Below, piece by piece: positions 19,039-29,521 of a DNA stretch of 53,959 nucleotides. The notes below the pieces were generated by a model that was given only the letters and a program-made list of their open reading frames with translations, was not told where the DNA came from and searched no databases. The position numbers were made by a program, and so were the translations under genes. Source of the stretch: an uncultured Luteolibacter sp. (lineage in GTDB: Bacteria > Verrucomicrobiota > Verrucomicrobiia > Verrucomicrobiales > Akkermansiaceae); contig CBIHMP010000001.1 in NCBI GenBank assembly GCA_966211015.1, positions 1-53,959 on the forward strand, given 5' to 3'. Each line of letters opens with the position of its first letter. Within the stretch, counting starts at the first letter, position 1.

Positions 19039-19407
19039 TCAGATCAAAGGGGGCTTGTCCAAGGCGAAGACCGGCTCATCCGGCGGCCGTACCGCGGACC
19101 AAGTTACGTTCACCCAAGAACCTCCCGGTGCCACCGGTCCGTGGACCTGGACGTCGGCATTTGCCAAGGGTGCCGGGTGGCAGCACGCATGCGTGTGGTG
19201 TTCCTGGGTCGAGGGCGGGCAGTCCGGTGTCGGCCCGGGATCCTCCTCCGGAGAGTCATGGTGCGAATGGCCGCAACATTCGGATGCGTCGTCGCCGTGC
19301 CCGTGGCTGTGGTCCAGTGCGAGCACGCGGCCGCAGAGCCCGGCAATCACGCCGAACATCAGGAGCCATGTGAACAAGCCGCGCACGATGCCCAACAAAC
19401 GCGCCAC
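19039..19407 (-). CDS. Small His/Cys-rich exported protein; putative metal-sensing leader peptide
   Basis: Hydrophobic N-terminus, HSHGHG..ECCGHSHH..HHTHACCH, C-terminal RPP..DKPP; GTG start at 19407 (or 19386) avoids overlap with the divergent gene. Confidence 0.7.
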   Translation of the reverse strand: MARLLGIVRGLFTWLLMFGVIAGLCGRVLALDHSHGHGDDASECCGHSHHDSPEEDPGPTPDCPPSTQEHHTHACCHPAPLANADVQVHGPVAPGGSWVNVTWSAVRPPDEPVFALDKPPLI

Positions 19408-19480
19408 GCCGGGTCCTGCAAGCCGAATCTCGCGGGAATGGGCTTCCCTCCCGCCGCTTCCTTGAGAAAAATCGCCCCAG

Positions 19481-19936
19481 ATGCCTGTCGCGGAATCCCA
19501 AAAAGAGCTGCGCTTCACCCGCGCCGGACAGGCTGTCGGCTTCTGGATGGCGGCGGCTGTCTGCATCATGGCGGCGCTCGTGTTTTTCCTGCTGGCTCCG
19601 CATCGGGCGGAGAATCCCGGCTTGCCGCATCCGGCCTGGGGCTTGGTTCCTTTGGCGCTCGCCGCCGTCTCGGTCCGGATCGCCTGGCGCTGCACGAAGC
19701 ACGCGTATATCCTCCTCAGCCCCATCGGGGTGGAGATTTTCCCGTTTTTCCGGCCCGAATCGGGCATGCAGGTCATTCCGTGGGGTCAAATCGTCTCCGC
19801 GGAGATCGGACATTCCCTTCTGACCCTGCATTTCTCGGCGGAGAAGAACTCCGGCATCCATCTTTCCCTGGCCCCGGTGGCAAAGGACCGGCGGGATCTC
19901 CTGGCCAAGGCCATCCGCGGGCGGATCCCTTCATAA
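19481..19936 (+). CDS. Hypothetical membrane protein (2 TM plus soluble domain)
   Basis: Two hydrophobic segments; coherent ORF heading a + strand gene run. Confidence 0.7.
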   Translation: MPVAESQKELRFTRAGQAVGFWMAAAVCIMAALVFFLLAPHRAENPGLPHPAWGLVPLALAAVSVRIAWRCTKHAYILLSPIGVEIFPFFRPESGMQVIPWGQIVSAEIGHSLLTLHFSAEKNSGIHLSLAPVAKDRRDLLAKAIRGRIPS

Positions 19937-19985
19937 ATCCACCTTGAGTGTTGGACGTTCAAAAACCGATGTTCATCCTCCGCGC

Positions 19986-20501
19986 ATGCGACCTCCTTCC
20001 CGCCAGATCCTCTCGGTAGAAGACGCCTTCGGGCGCAACGGCTGGCATGCCGAACTCGTCGAGGGGCGCGATGTCCTGCGCTCCGTTTTCTCCGCCCACC
20101 ACACGCGCATCGAAATGATCGTGCAGGCCTACGTGCCGATGAATGCCCTCGCCGTGATGGGGGAGATGCCGCTGCCGCTCGACGAGGAACACCAGCCGTA
20201 CCTGCTGGAGCTGCTGGCGCGTGCGAACAAGACGCTCAATTTGGGTGGCTTCGAATACGACCTCGACCGCCAGCGCCTGGTTTTCCGGATCACGAATCTC
20301 TTCGACCGGGAACTCTACGATGCCGATATCATCTCTTCGATGGTCCACTGCGCCGTTGCGGAGTTGGATCGCATCGCCCCCTACGCCTCCACCGTCATCC
20401 GCACCCCTGAGGATCTCCTGGACGATTTGGATCTCAAACGCCTTCTCCAGCGGGAGGATTTCATCCCGCCGGTTCCCGGCGACGATGACGACCTTCCCTG
20501 A
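19986..20501 (+). CDS. YbjN-like domain protein
   Basis: ELLARANKTLNLGGFEYD..LVFR pattern; acidic; ATG at 19986. Confidence 0.7.
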   Translation: MRPPSRQILSVEDAFGRNGWHAELVEGRDVLRSVFSAHHTRIEMIVQAYVPMNALAVMGEMPLPLDEEHQPYLLELLARANKTLNLGGFEYDLDRQRLVFRITNLFDRELYDADIISSMVHCAVAELDRIAPYASTVIRTPEDLLDDLDLKRLLQREDFIPPVPGDDDDLP

Positions 20502-20514
20502 AAAAAATAACCGC

Positions 20515-21090
20515 ATGAAAACCATCGCCCTTCTTCTCGCCTCCGCCTTGCCCGCTGTCGCCCGGGACGCCGCCCATCCTGCCGAGGCATGGGAACTCAC
20601 CTTGGAATCCGGGTACCTGTGGAACATCGGAAGCAATACGCCTATCGATTACGAGATCGCCCCGACGCAGTTCACCCTTCGCAGCCCGGTGGTGCTCAAC
20701 TGGTTCGCCGGTGACGACGGGTCCCGCCTCGTCGTGCGCAGCCGCGTTTCGTTGCTCACCGAATCGATCGTCGAAGGGCCGGAAGACTATTACCTGGGGC
20801 TCTCCGGGGCACCTTCCATCGAATACTGGTTTCCGAACGAGAAGACCTCGTTGTTTTTCTCCATCGGCGGCGGTGTCGGGCTGACGAACTCCACGAACGA
20901 GGCGGGCGGCCAAGGACAGGACTTCACCTTGAATTGGTTCTCCCAACTCGGGCTGCGCCAGGAAATCGCGCCCAACCTTTCCGTCCTGGGAGGAGCCTAT
21001 TTCATCCACCATTCCAATGGCGGCCAAACCTCGCCGAACCCGGGCATCGATGCGCTCGGCTTTACGGTCGGGCTGGGGTGGAAATGGTAG
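20515..21090 (+). CDS. PagL-like lipid A 3-O-deacylase / acyloxyacyl hydrolase beta-barrel
   Basis: Signal peptide, GQDFTLNW, HHSNGG..PNPG catalytic-type motif, C-terminal W. Confidence 0.8.
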   Translation: MKTIALLLASALPAVARDAAHPAEAWELTLESGYLWNIGSNTPIDYEIAPTQFTLRSPVVLNWFAGDDGSRLVVRSRVSLLTESIVEGPEDYYLGLSGAPSIEYWFPNEKTSLFFSIGGGVGLTNSTNEAGGQGQDFTLNWFSQLGLRQEIAPNLSVLGGAYFIHHSNGGQTSPNPGIDALGFTVGLGWKW

Positions 21091-21109
21091 GTGTCTTTCC
21101 CTGCCGGTG

Positions 21110-22054
21110 CTACTTGGCGATCACCGGCCACCCGTCCTTCCACTCGAGCGGCAACATCCGGAGGTCCGATCTGCCTCCGCGGTCCTTGTCGTAGAAATGG
21201 TGGACCAGCATCTCCTTTCCCTTCTCCTTGAAGATGGAGGCATGTCCCGGGCCGATAAAACGGCCCTCGGTGCCGAGGAAGAGCGAGCCGCCGCCATCCT
21301 TCAGGTCTATTTCCTCGTGGTCGAGGTAGGGGCCGGTGATCTTTTTGCTGCGCCCTACCCGGATCTCGTAGGTGCTATCCACGCCGCGGCAGCACTTCCC
21401 CCAGTTCACGAAGAGATAGTAGTAGCCGCCGTGCCGGTGGATGAAGGGGGCTTCAATCTCCTGATGCATGGCCAGTTTCAGAGGGGGCTCGTCGGGCCGT
21501 TTCCGGAGGCCGGTATCTGCATCCAGCTCGATCAGAAAGATGCCTTCCCAGAATGAGCCGAAACTCATCCACAGGCGGCCGTCGGCCATGACCAGGGCGG
21601 GATCGATCGCGTTGAAGCGGTCGGCCTTTCGCGAACGGATCACCATTCCTCCGTCCTGCCAGCCGTAGTCCTTTGAACCGGGATCGAGGGTCTTCCCGGT
21701 GACCAGTGCGATGGCGGATTCATTGGAGCCGAAGCTTGAGACGGAGTAGTACACAAACCAACGGTCCTTGAGGCGGATCATGTCGGGTGCCCAGAGGTGG
21801 CCCCGGTTTGCGGGCACTTCCCGCTTATGCCATTCCGGATATTCGGAAAAAACCACCGCTTCCCGCTTCCAGCGCCCGTCCGCCTCCCGCTTCAGGATCG
21901 GAATCCCGTGGCCGGTGCAGAGCGACCAGACGCCGCCGCCCTCCGCCACCACCGTGGACGGGTCGTGGATGCGCGGGTAGGGGTCGTCCCTCCGAAACTG
22001 CGCCCCGGCGGGTAGCCCGGTAAGGAGGGTTGCGAGGAGGAGGCACCGGATCAT
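21110..22054 (-). CDS. GH43 endo-1,5-alpha-L-arabinanase-like glycoside hydrolase
   Basis: IHDP, LWAPD, NAIDP, FGSFWEGI, IEAP, CCRG..STY, GPGH. Confidence 0.9.
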   Translation of the reverse strand: MIRCLLLATLLTGLPAGAQFRRDDPYPRIHDPSTVVAEGGGVWSLCTGHGIPILKREADGRWKREAVVFSEYPEWHKREVPANRGHLWAPDMIRLKDRWFVYYSVSSFGSNESAIALVTGKTLDPGSKDYGWQDGGMVIRSRKADRFNAIDPALVMADGRLWMSFGSFWEGIFLIELDADTGLRKRPDEPPLKLAMHQEIEAPFIHRHGGYYYLFVNWGKCCRGVDSTYEIRVGRSKKITGPYLDHEEIDLKDGGGSLFLGTEGRFIGPGHASIFKEKGKEMLVHHFYDKDRGGRSDLRMLPLEWKDGWPVIAK

Positions 22055-22330
22055 GGGAAAGGAACGCGCGCGCGCTTGGAATGTTTCGCTGCTGTCACGC
22101 TGGACAGGCGGGACCAACCCCCGTCCTCCGTCTGAGCCGACAAAGAATCAACCACTTGCTCCGGATTGAAAGTCGGACCCGTGTCAGGCCCGCCTGTGGT
22201 GGCCGCCGTCGGCGTTTCTTCCCGCAGACCGTTCGTCTGTCACCGGGACCGGATGCCGCCTTTTCTTTTTCAAGGTCTTGCATCTGGACTCTGGACTCTT
22301 GCGTCTCCTGCCTTTACTGCCTGCCCCGCC

Positions 22331-23800
22331 ATGTCCGAAGCCATCCAGCCGCACTCCACCGAAGCCGAACTCATCGCCGTCCGCCGTGAGAAGCTCGGGA
22401 AATTGCGCGAACTCGGCGTGGATCCCTTCGGCGCGGCCTTCGACACCACTCACTCTCCTGCCGAGCTACGCGCGGATTTCGCGGAAGGCGTACAGGTGAA
22501 GGTGGCCGGCCGCATCACCGGCCTGCGGAACATGGGCAAGTCCTGTTTCTTCCACGTGGGTGACATCCACGGCGGCATCCAAGGCTACATCTCGATCAAG
22601 GACCTCTCGCCGGAAGATCTCGCCGTCTTCGAATGCCTTGATCGCGGCGATTGGCTCGGCATCGAGGGTGAAACTTTCACCACGCGCACGGGCGAGCCAT
22701 CCATCAAGGTTTCGAAGTTCACCGTGCTTTCGAAGTCCCTGCGGCCGATGCCCGACAAGTGGCACGGCGTGGCGGATCGCGAGATCAAGTACCGCAAGCG
22801 CCACCTCGACCTGATGTCGAACGAGGAAAGCGCCGCCGTGTTCGTGATCCGCAGCCGGATGGTGGCGGAAATCCGTGCATTTTTCCATGAGCGCGGCTTC
22901 CTCGAGGTGGAGACGCCGATGCTCCAGGATATTCCGGGCGGGGCCGCGGCACGGCCTTTCGAGACCTTCCACAACGCGCTGGGCATGCCCCTCACGCTGC
23001 GGATCGCGCCCGAGCTTTTCCTCAAGCGTCTCCTGGTCGGAGGCTTCACGAAGGTTTTTGAGCTGAACCGCAATTTCCGCAACGAAGGGATTTCCCGCCG
23101 CCACAACCCGGAGTTCACGATGCTGGAGGCCTATCAGGCCTTCGCGGATTTCGAGATCATGGCGGATCTCGTGGAATCGCTGGTCTGCCACCTCGCGGAG
23201 AAGTTCTGCGGCGGCTTGCAGATCGAGCACAAGGACGACGAGGGCAACGTGATCCGCACGATCAACCTGCAACGCCCTTGGAAGCGCGCGGACTACGGCG
23301 ATCTGGTAGCGGAGGCGGCCGGTGCGGATTTCTTCACCCTCACCCCGGAGCAACGGCGCGAGCGCTGCGAGGAGCTCGGCGTGCAGATTTCCTCGGAGAT
23401 GGAGGATCACGAGGTGGTGCAGCAGGTTTTCGAAAAGCTGGTCGAGGAAAAGTCCTTCGATCCCTGCTTTGTCACGCGCGTATCCAGCCAGCTCGTGCCG
23501 CTCGCCAAGCTCAGCCCGGGCGGCAAAACGGTGGAGGTGTACGAGCTCGTGATCAACGGTCAGGAGATCTCCCCCGGCTACTCCGAGCTCAACGACCCCG
23601 ACGTGCAGCGCGAACGCCTGGAGCACCAGTCCGGCGAGGAGACGCAGAAGGTGGACTACGATTTCATTGAAACGCTGGAGCACGGCATGCCTCCCGCGGG
23701 CGGCATCGGCATCGGGATCGACCGCCTGATCATGATGCTCACGGGGGCACCCACGATCCGCGATGTCGTGCTCTTCCCGCTGCTGAAGCGGAAAGATTGA
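22331..23800 (+). CDS. lysS: Lysine--tRNA ligase (class II)
   Basis: OB-fold anticodon domain, [48 protein letters not shown]; ATG at 22331. Confidence 0.97.
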   Translation: MSEAIQPHSTEAELIAVRREKLGKLRELGVDPFGAAFDTTHSPAELRADFAEGVQVKVAGRITGLRNMGKSCFFHVGDIHGGIQGYISIKDLSPEDLAVFECLDRGDWLGIEGETFTTRTGEPSIKVSKFTVLSKSLRPMPDKWHGVADREIKYRKRHLDLMSNEESAAVFVIRSRMVAEIRAFFHERGFLEVETPMLQDIPGGAAARPFETFHNALGMPLTLRIAPELFLKRLLVGGFTKVFELNRNFRNEGISRRHNPEFTMLEAYQAFADFEIMADLVESLVCHLAEKFCGGLQIEHKDDEGNVIRTINLQRPWKRADYGDLVAEAAGADFFTLTPEQRRERCEELGVQISSEMEDHEVVQQVFEKLVEEKSFDPCFVTRVSSQLVPLAKLSPGGKTVEVYELVINGQEISPGYSELNDPDVQRERLEHQSGEETQKVDYDFIETLEHGMPPAGGIGIGIDRLIMMLTGAPTIRDVVLFPLLKRKD

Positions 23801-23831
23801 AGATCGGGCCCACAAGGAATTCACTCGCCCG

Positions 23832-24368
23832 GTGCGCGAGCTGATCCTCAACGAAGAAATCCATTCCCGCGTCATCGGGGAGCTGGTGCCGCAGGCGCGG
23901 CGGTTTCTTTGGATCGTCACTGCGGATATCAAGGACATGCACGTGGCGCGAGGGAGGCGATCGGTGCCTTTTCTCAAGGTGCTGGCCGAACTGGTCGAGA
24001 GCGGGGTGGGGGTGCGGTTGATCCACGCGAAGGAGCCGGGCCCGCGGTTCCGCGAGGATTTCGACCGCTATCCGGTGCTGGTCGAAAGCGAGCTTTTCGA
24101 GCGGGTCCTTTGTCCCCGGGTTCACACGAAGGCGGTGATCGCCGACGGGCGGCGCGCTTTCGTGGGATCGCCGAACTTGACCGGTGCCGGCATGGGCGCG
24201 AAGCATGCGGACCGGCGGAATTTCGAGGCGGGATTCCTGACGGACGAAGCGGAGGACCTGAAGAAACTGGTATCCTGGGTGGACGAGCTTTTCATCGGCG
24301 AGCACTGCGGCCGCTGCCGCCTCCGCGACCGGTGCCCGGATCCGCTGGATAACCACACGGGAGCATGA
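23832..24368 (+). CDS. Single-HKD phospholipase D family protein with C-terminal Cys cluster
   Basis: HTKAVIAD...GSPNLT, NFEAG, CGRCRLRDRC. Confidence 0.85.
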   Translation: MRELILNEEIHSRVIGELVPQARRFLWIVTADIKDMHVARGRRSVPFLKVLAELVESGVGVRLIHAKEPGPRFREDFDRYPVLVESELFERVLCPRVHTKAVIADGRRAFVGSPNLTGAGMGAKHADRRNFEAGFLTDEAEDLKKLVSWVDELFIGEHCGRCRLRDRCPDPLDNHTGA

Positions 24369-24402
24369 ACCCGGCCTTGTTCCCTCAGGCAGCTATGTCA
24401 TC

Positions 24403-25365
24403 GTGCGGCCCGTGAAGCCCGCCCCCCTTTTCCTCGCCCGCACAGGGCGTTTTTTTGCGACGCTCCTGGCGGCCGGTCTTGCGGTGCTTCCCGCGGCAAA
24501 GGCGGAACCGGAGCACCCGGTCAGGCCGCTGCTCTGGAAGATCGAAGGGGAAGGTCTCGAAAAGACGTCCTATCTCTTCGGCACCATCCATGTGAGCAAG
24601 GGGCCTGCGGCAACGCTTCACCCGGCGGCGGAGAAAGCATTCAGTGAAGCCACCGCTGTGCACACCGAGGCGCCCTTCGACGCCGCCACGCAAGCGGGCG
24701 CGGTGCAGCTCGTCATCCGCCGCGATGGCAAGAAGCTCTCCGAATCCATTGGCAAAGAGCTTTCAAAGCAGCTCGACGACGAGCTGAAGCACATCAATCC
24801 GAATCTCGACGCGGGGCCGTTCCAAGTGCTCAAGACTTGGTACGTGGCGATCATGCTGCCGATGCTTCCTTTCCAATTGGAAGGGGGAAAGCCGCTCGAC
24901 ATGAACCTCTGGGACCGGGCCGAGGCCGGCGGGAAAAAGACGGCCGGCATGCAGAGCACCGCTGAACAGCTCTCGGGATTCGCGGATTTCAATGAAAAGG
25001 AGCAGACCATCCTGCTGGGCGAGACGCTGCGTCTGATGAGAAAAGACCGTACCGAGGGAAAGGACGCCACGAAGGATCTGGTGGATGCCTACATCGCCGG
25101 GGATGTAGAGAAGATCGAGGCGGAGTGCGCCAAGTCGATCAAGGCAACTTCCGAAGGGGAGTACAAGGAACTGGGCGAGCGTCTGATCAAGCGCCTGCTC
25201 ACGGACCGCGACGTGATCATGGCGGGCTACATCGACAACACCTTGAAAAAGTCCCCTCAGGACATCCACTTCTTCGCGGCCGGGGCGGCGCACTATACCG
25301 GAAAATCCGGCGTGCGCGCCCACCTCGCGAAGAAAGGATACAAAATCACGCCGATGGTGCCGTGA
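24403..25365 (+). CDS. TraB/GumN family protein
   Basis: [26 protein letters not shown]. Confidence 0.9.
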   Translation: MRPVKPAPLFLARTGRFFATLLAAGLAVLPAAKAEPEHPVRPLLWKIEGEGLEKTSYLFGTIHVSKGPAATLHPAAEKAFSEATAVHTEAPFDAATQAGAVQLVIRRDGKKLSESIGKELSKQLDDELKHINPNLDAGPFQVLKTWYVAIMLPMLPFQLEGGKPLDMNLWDRAEAGGKKTAGMQSTAEQLSGFADFNEKEQTILLGETLRLMRKDRTEGKDATKDLVDAYIAGDVEKIEAECAKSIKATSEGEYKELGERLIKRLLTDRDVIMAGYIDNTLKKSPQDIHFFAAGAAHYTGKSGVRAHLAKKGYKITPMVP

Positions 25366-26368
25366 CTCCGTCCCATCCGGCCGCTTGAGCCACGATCCCG
25401 TAGCTGCGTTTCCGGTCCTCGTGGCTATGGAAGCCGGAGTGGATCATCAATTCATCCGCCCCGGTCGCGGCGACGAATTCCTCGAGCCGGGCTTTTACGG
25501 TTTCCGGGCCGCCGATGATCGCGGCCCCCAGATGATCCTGCACCGCGGCTCTTTCCGCCGGGCTCCAGCGGCCGTCCATGCTCGCGACCGGCGGCGGGAC
25601 CGGTGTGGGAGCATGCCGGATGAGATTCAGGATCTGCTGCAGGACGGAGGTGGAGAGGTAGCGTGCTTCCTCGTCGCTATCCGCCGCGATCACCGGTACG
25701 CCCACCATCGCGTACGGTTGCGGCCAGCGGGCTGAGGCTTGGAAATTCTCGCGATAAATCTTGAGGGCTTCGTGCAGCAGGCGCGGAGCGAAATGGGCGG
25801 CGAACGCGAAGGGCAGCCCGAGGAAAGCCGCCAGGCGCGCGCTGAAGGTGCTGGAGCCGAGCAGCCAGACCGGGACATTGGAGTTCGCGCCGGGGATCGC
25901 CTTCACGCGTTGCGCGGGATTCGGCCGTCCCAGCAGGGTGATGAGTTCCTGGACCTGGTCCGGGAAATCGTCCGCCGCCGCGGGATCGCGGCGCAAGGCC
26001 CGCGAAGTGACTTGATCGGTGCCCGGAGCACGGCCCAGGCCGAGATCGATCCGGCCCGGATAAAGCGCCTCCAAGGTCCCGAATTGCTCGGCGATCACCA
26101 GCGGCGCGTGGTTCGGCAGCATGATGCCTCCGGATCCGACCCGCAGCGTCGTGGTTCCGGCCGCCACGTGACCGATCAAGACCGAGGTGGCGGCGCTGGC
26201 GATACCCGGGATATTGTGGTGCTCCGCCAGCCAGAAGCGCGTGTAGCCGAGCTTTTCGACGTGACGCGCGAGATCCACGCTATTGCGGAAACTGTCCGCG
26301 ATCGTGCCGCCCTCCACGATGGGGGAGAGATCGAGCACCGACAGGGGAATGTCCGCGAGGCGTTTCAT
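25346..26368 (-). CDS. LLM-class flavin-dependent oxidoreductase
   Basis: [47 protein letters not shown]; ATG at 26368. Confidence 0.93.
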   Translation of the reverse strand: MKRLADIPLSVLDLSPIVEGGTIADSFRNSVDLARHVEKLGYTRFWLAEHHNIPGIASAATSVLIGHVAAGTTTLRVGSGGIMLPNHAPLVIAEQFGTLEALYPGRIDLGLGRAPGTDQVTSRALRRDPAAADDFPDQVQELITLLGRPNPAQRVKAIPGANSNVPVWLLGSSTFSARLAAFLGLPFAFAAHFAPRLLHEALKIYRENFQASARWPQPYAMVGVPVIAADSDEEARYLSTSVLQQILNLIRHAPTPVPPPVASMDGRWSPAERAAVQDHLGAAIIGGPETVKARLEEFVAATGADELMIHSGFHSHEDRKRSYGIVAQAAGWDGVTAPSA

Positions 26369-26394
26369 GATCCGGAAGGGGAGGGGGAAATGGC

Positions 26395-27468
26395 TCAAGA
26401 GGCCGCCGCGAAGCGGGAATCGAGGGTCGGGTAGTCGATGTAGCCTTCGGGGCCTTGGCCGTAGAAGCTCGAGGCATCCGGCTCGTTGAGGGGCGCGCCC
26501 ATGGCAAAGCGGCGGGGGAGATCGGGATTTGCAATGAATGGCCGGCCGTAGGAGATGGCATCGGCCTCGCCGCTCGCGAGAAGCCTCTCGCCCTCTTCCC
26601 GGGAGAGCCCGTCGTTGGCGATGATGGCGGAGCCGAAGACTTTTTTCAGGTGGGGTGTGACGCGATGCTCCTCGTCGATCCCCTCCCGGATGAAGAGGAA
26701 GGCGATTCCCCGGGCGTGGCACTCGCGGGCGACGTGGCCGTAGGTCGCCACGGGATCCGAGTCCCCGCCATCCTGAGACGGGCGCGGGGAAAGATGAAGA
26801 CCTACCCGGTCCGGCCCCCACACGGAGATCGCGGCATCCACCGCTTCCAGCATGAAGCGGGCGCGGTTCTCGGTCGATCCTCCGTAGGAGTCGGTCCGCC
26901 TGTTGGTACTGTCGTTCAGGAACTGCTCGGGCAAATAGCCGTTCGCACCGTGGATCTCGACACCGTCGAAACCGGCCTCCATCGCATTTTCGGCGGCTTT
27001 CCGGTAGTCCGCGATGATGCCGGGGATCTCCGGGAGTTCCAGCGCGCGGGGAGTTTCATACGCTTTCTTCGGGCGCAGGAGGCTCACGTGGCCTTCCGGG
27101 GCGATCGCGCTGGAGGATACCGGCGTCTTCCCATTCAGGTAGTGCGGATCGGAGATCCGGCCGACGTGCCAGAGCTGGGCGATGATGATCCCGCCAGCCC
27201 GGTGGACGGCATCCGTGACGAGTTTCCATCCGTCCACCTGTGCGGCGGACCACAGGCCGGGCGTGTCCGGGTAGCCGACCCCCATCGGGGAGATGGAGGT
27301 GGCCTCGGCGATGATCAGGCCGGCACCGGCTCTTTGCCGGTAGTATTCGGCCATCATTTCATTCGGCACCCGGCCCTCGCTCGCGCGACAGCGGGTAAGC
27401 GGGGCCATGACGATGCGGTTTGACAGGTCCCAAGGGCCGATCCGGAGAGGTTGTTGAAGCGAGGACAT
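26395..27468 (-). CDS. Old Yellow Enzyme family alkene reductase (NemA/XenB-like)
   Basis: [49 protein letters not shown]; ATG at 27468. Confidence 0.93.
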   Translation of the reverse strand: MSSLQQPLRIGPWDLSNRIVMAPLTRCRASEGRVPNEMMAEYYRQRAGAGLIIAEATSISPMGVGYPDTPGLWSAAQVDGWKLVTDAVHRAGGIIIAQLWHVGRISDPHYLNGKTPVSSSAIAPEGHVSLLRPKKAYETPRALELPEIPGIIADYRKAAENAMEAGFDGVEIHGANGYLPEQFLNDSTNRRTDSYGGSTENRARFMLEAVDAAISVWGPDRVGLHLSPRPSQDGGDSDPVATYGHVARECHARGIAFLFIREGIDEEHRVTPHLKKVFGSAIIANDGLSREEGERLLASGEADAISYGRPFIANPDLPRRFAMGAPLNEPDASSFYGQGPEGYIDYPTLDSRFAAAS

Positions 27469-27496
27469 GAGGATTACTTCTTTTCCAGTTGAAGAT

Positions 27497-28528
27497 TCAC
27501 GAAACGGGGGAGGGATTGCGCTCGAACCACACCTGGTGGAAATAGGGGTAGGCGAGCGGGGTGGCGCTGGCGGCATCCAGCTTCGCCACCTGTTCCTTCG
27601 TCAGGTTCCAACCGACGGCCCCCAGATTCTGGCGCAACTGATCCTCGTTGCGCGCGCCGATCACGACGGTCGAAACGGTGGGGCGCTGAAGCAGCCAGTT
27701 GATCGCGATTTGCGGGACGGTCTTGCCGGTCTCCGCGGCGATTTCATCGAGGGCGTCCACCACGCGGTAAAGGTGCTCCTCATCCACGGGCGGGGCCACG
27801 TCCGCATTGAGCTGGGACTGGAGACGGCTGCTTTCCGGCAGCGGGGAGCCGCGGCGGATTTTCCCGGTCAGGCGGGCCCAGCCCAGCGGACTCCAGACCA
27901 CAGCGCCCACCTTCTGGTCGAGTCCCAGCGGCATGAGCTCCCACTCGTAGCTGCGGCCGATCAGCGAATAGTATGCTTGGTGCGCCACGTAGCGGGCCCA
28001 GCCGTATTTCTCCGCGATGCCCAGCGATTTCATCAGATGCCAGCCGGAGAAATTCGAGACACCGATGTAGCGGATTTTTCCGGCGCGTACGAAGTCATCG
28101 AGGGTGGAAAGGGCTTCCTCTATCGGCGTTTGCGCGTCGAAGCCGTGCAGCTGGAAGAGATCGATGTAGTCCGTTCCCAGTCGCTTGAGGCTTCTCTCGA
28201 TCGTCCGGGTCAGGTGGTGGCGGGAGGAGCCGATGTCGTTCGGGCCCTCGCCGGTGCGGAAGGTGCCCTTGGTGGAAATGAGGACCTGGTCGCGCTTCCC
28301 TTCAATCGCCTTGCCCAGGATTTCCTCCGCTCGTCCCGCGGAGTAAACGTCCGCGCTGTCGAACATGTTCAGCCCGGCTTCCAGGCTGATGTCGATGAGC
28401 CGCTTCGCCTCCTCGACGCCGCTATTCCCCCAGGCGGAGAAGAGCGGGCCGTCGCCGCCGAAAGTGCCGGTGCCGAGCGTCAGGACCGGGACCTGCAGGC
28501 CCGATCCGCCGAGATATCGATATTCCAT
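27497..28528 (-). CDS. Aldo/keto reductase
   Basis: LGGSGLQV, FDSADVYS, SLKRLGTDYIDL, GKIRYIGVSNF, WSPL; ATG at 28528. Confidence 0.93.
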   Translation of the reverse strand: MEYRYLGGSGLQVPVLTLGTGTFGGDGPLFSAWGNSGVEEAKRLIDISLEAGLNMFDSADVYSAGRAEEILGKAIEGKRDQVLISTKGTFRTGEGPNDIGSSRHHLTRTIERSLKRLGTDYIDLFQLHGFDAQTPIEEALSTLDDFVRAGKIRYIGVSNFSGWHLMKSLGIAEKYGWARYVAHQAYYSLIGRSYEWELMPLGLDQKVGAVVWSPLGWARLTGKIRRGSPLPESSRLQSQLNADVAPPVDEEHLYRVVDALDEIAAETGKTVPQIAINWLLQRPTVSTVVIGARNEDQLRQNLGAVGWNLTKEQVAKLDAASATPLAYPYFHQVWFERNPSPVS

Positions 28529-28544
28529 GGTGGGGTGGTGGTTC

Positions 28545-28616
28545 GTTCGATGAGCGTCGAACAACCGATAAGCCCGCTTTTTGCGCCGTCAAACGATAAT
28601 TCGATCGTTGTCGAAC
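28545..28616. promoter_or_regulatory. Two palindromic operators TTCGA-N6-TCGAA in the AKR/ArsR divergent region
   Basis: GTTCGATGAGCGTCGAAC (28545-28562) and ATTCGATCGTTGTCGAAC (28599-28616). Confidence 0.7.
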
Positions 28617-28643
28617 AATGCTCCCGTGCTACCTTGCCTCGCG

Positions 28644-28982
28644 ATGAAGCCCTACATCCATCCGGCCCTCGGCGATGTCACCCTGCCGGCGGTGATGCAG
28701 GCCCTCTCCGACCCCTGCCGGATCGAGATCCTGCGCTCGCTCATGGATGCCGGCGAGCTTGCCTGCGGCGATATCCCCCTCGAGATCTCGAAGGCCACCG
28801 TCTCCCACCATTTCGCCGTCCTGCGTGAAGCCGGGCTGGTCCTCACCCGCACCGAAGGCACCCGCTGCCTCAACACCGTCCGCGAAGAGGAGCTTGAAAA
28901 GCGCTTCCCCGGTTTGCTGGATCTCGTTCTGCGTGAGAAGCCCAAGAAATCCGGGAAGAAAGCGGCGGCGAAGTCCCTCTAA
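28644..28982 (+). CDS. ArsR/SmtB family transcriptional regulator
   Basis: ALSDPCRIEIL, SKATVSHHFAVLREAGL, RFPGLLD; ATG at 28644. Confidence 0.9.
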   Translation: MKPYIHPALGDVTLPAVMQALSDPCRIEILRSLMDAGELACGDIPLEISKATVSHHFAVLREAGLVLTRTEGTRCLNTVREEELEKRFPGLLDLVLREKPKKSGKKAAAKSL

Positions 28983-29060
28983 GCCTCCGGTTCATCTTCG
29001 GCGGGGTTTTCTGGCTGCCGGGCGATAGAATCGCTAACGTGCAGAGGATCCGGAAACCCG

Positions 29061-29519
29061 ATGAAAAACTTCATACTTCATGTCAACGGCGAGGCGCGAA
29101 AGGCCGAGGTCGCCGAGGACACCCCGCTGCTGTGGGTGCTCCGCGACCACCTCGATCTCGTGGGAACGAAATTCGGCTGCGGCATGGGCCTCTGCGGCGC
29201 GTGCACGGTCCACCTCGATGGCAAGGCCGTGCGTTCATGCAGCGTGCCGGTCTCCGCGGTGGGGGAGAAAAAGGTCACGACTATCGAGGGCCTGTCCGCG
29301 GCGGCGAAGCTTTCGGACCTGCAGCAGGCATGGTGCGATCTGGATGTGGCGCAGTGCGGCTACTGCCAAGCCGGGCAAATCATGAGCGCCGCGGCCTTGC
29401 TCGCGGAGAAGCCGACGCCGACCGACGCCGACATCGACTCCGCCATGTCGGGCAACCTCTGCCGTTGCGCCACCTACAAGCGCATCCGCCAGGCAATCCA
29501 CACCGCAGCCGCCCGATAA
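29061..29519 (+). CDS. (2Fe-2S)-binding subunit, isoquinoline 1-oxidoreductase alpha / CoxS-like
   Basis: [33 protein letters not shown]. Confidence 0.93.
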   Translation: MKNFILHVNGEARKAEVAEDTPLLWVLRDHLDLVGTKFGCGMGLCGACTVHLDGKAVRSCSVPVSAVGEKKVTTIEGLSAAAKLSDLQQAWCDLDVAQCGYCQAGQIMSAAALLAEKPTPTDADIDSAMSGNLCRCATYKRIRQAIHTAAAR

Positions 29520-29521
29520 CC

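Noticed and set aside
7307-19407. Metal-efflux island as a mobile element
   Set aside because: No integrase, transposase, tRNA target or flanking direct repeats seen; composition looks like the flanks
22176-22200. CCCGTGTCAGGCCC resembling the SRP (4.5S) RNA core
   Set aside because: The following GGAAGG-AGCAG part of the conserved domain is absent
22228-22237. ACCGTTCGTC, matching the extended -10 of the ECF promoters (and an AlgR-like box)
   Set aside because: No TGTCC at the required spacing and no repeat partner; probably chance
23560-23590. Lys[10 protein letters not shown] in place of E. coli-type EIGNGFSE
   Set aside because: As I recall, Pro at this position occurs in other ordinary class II LysRS; all other motifs and the anticodon domain are intact
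29039-29521. 887-aa ORF suggesting an N-terminally extended molybdoprotein or a frameshift fusion
   Set aside because: The extension overlaps the real 2Fe-2S gene in another frame; the ATG at 29522 gives a normal Tat-like start
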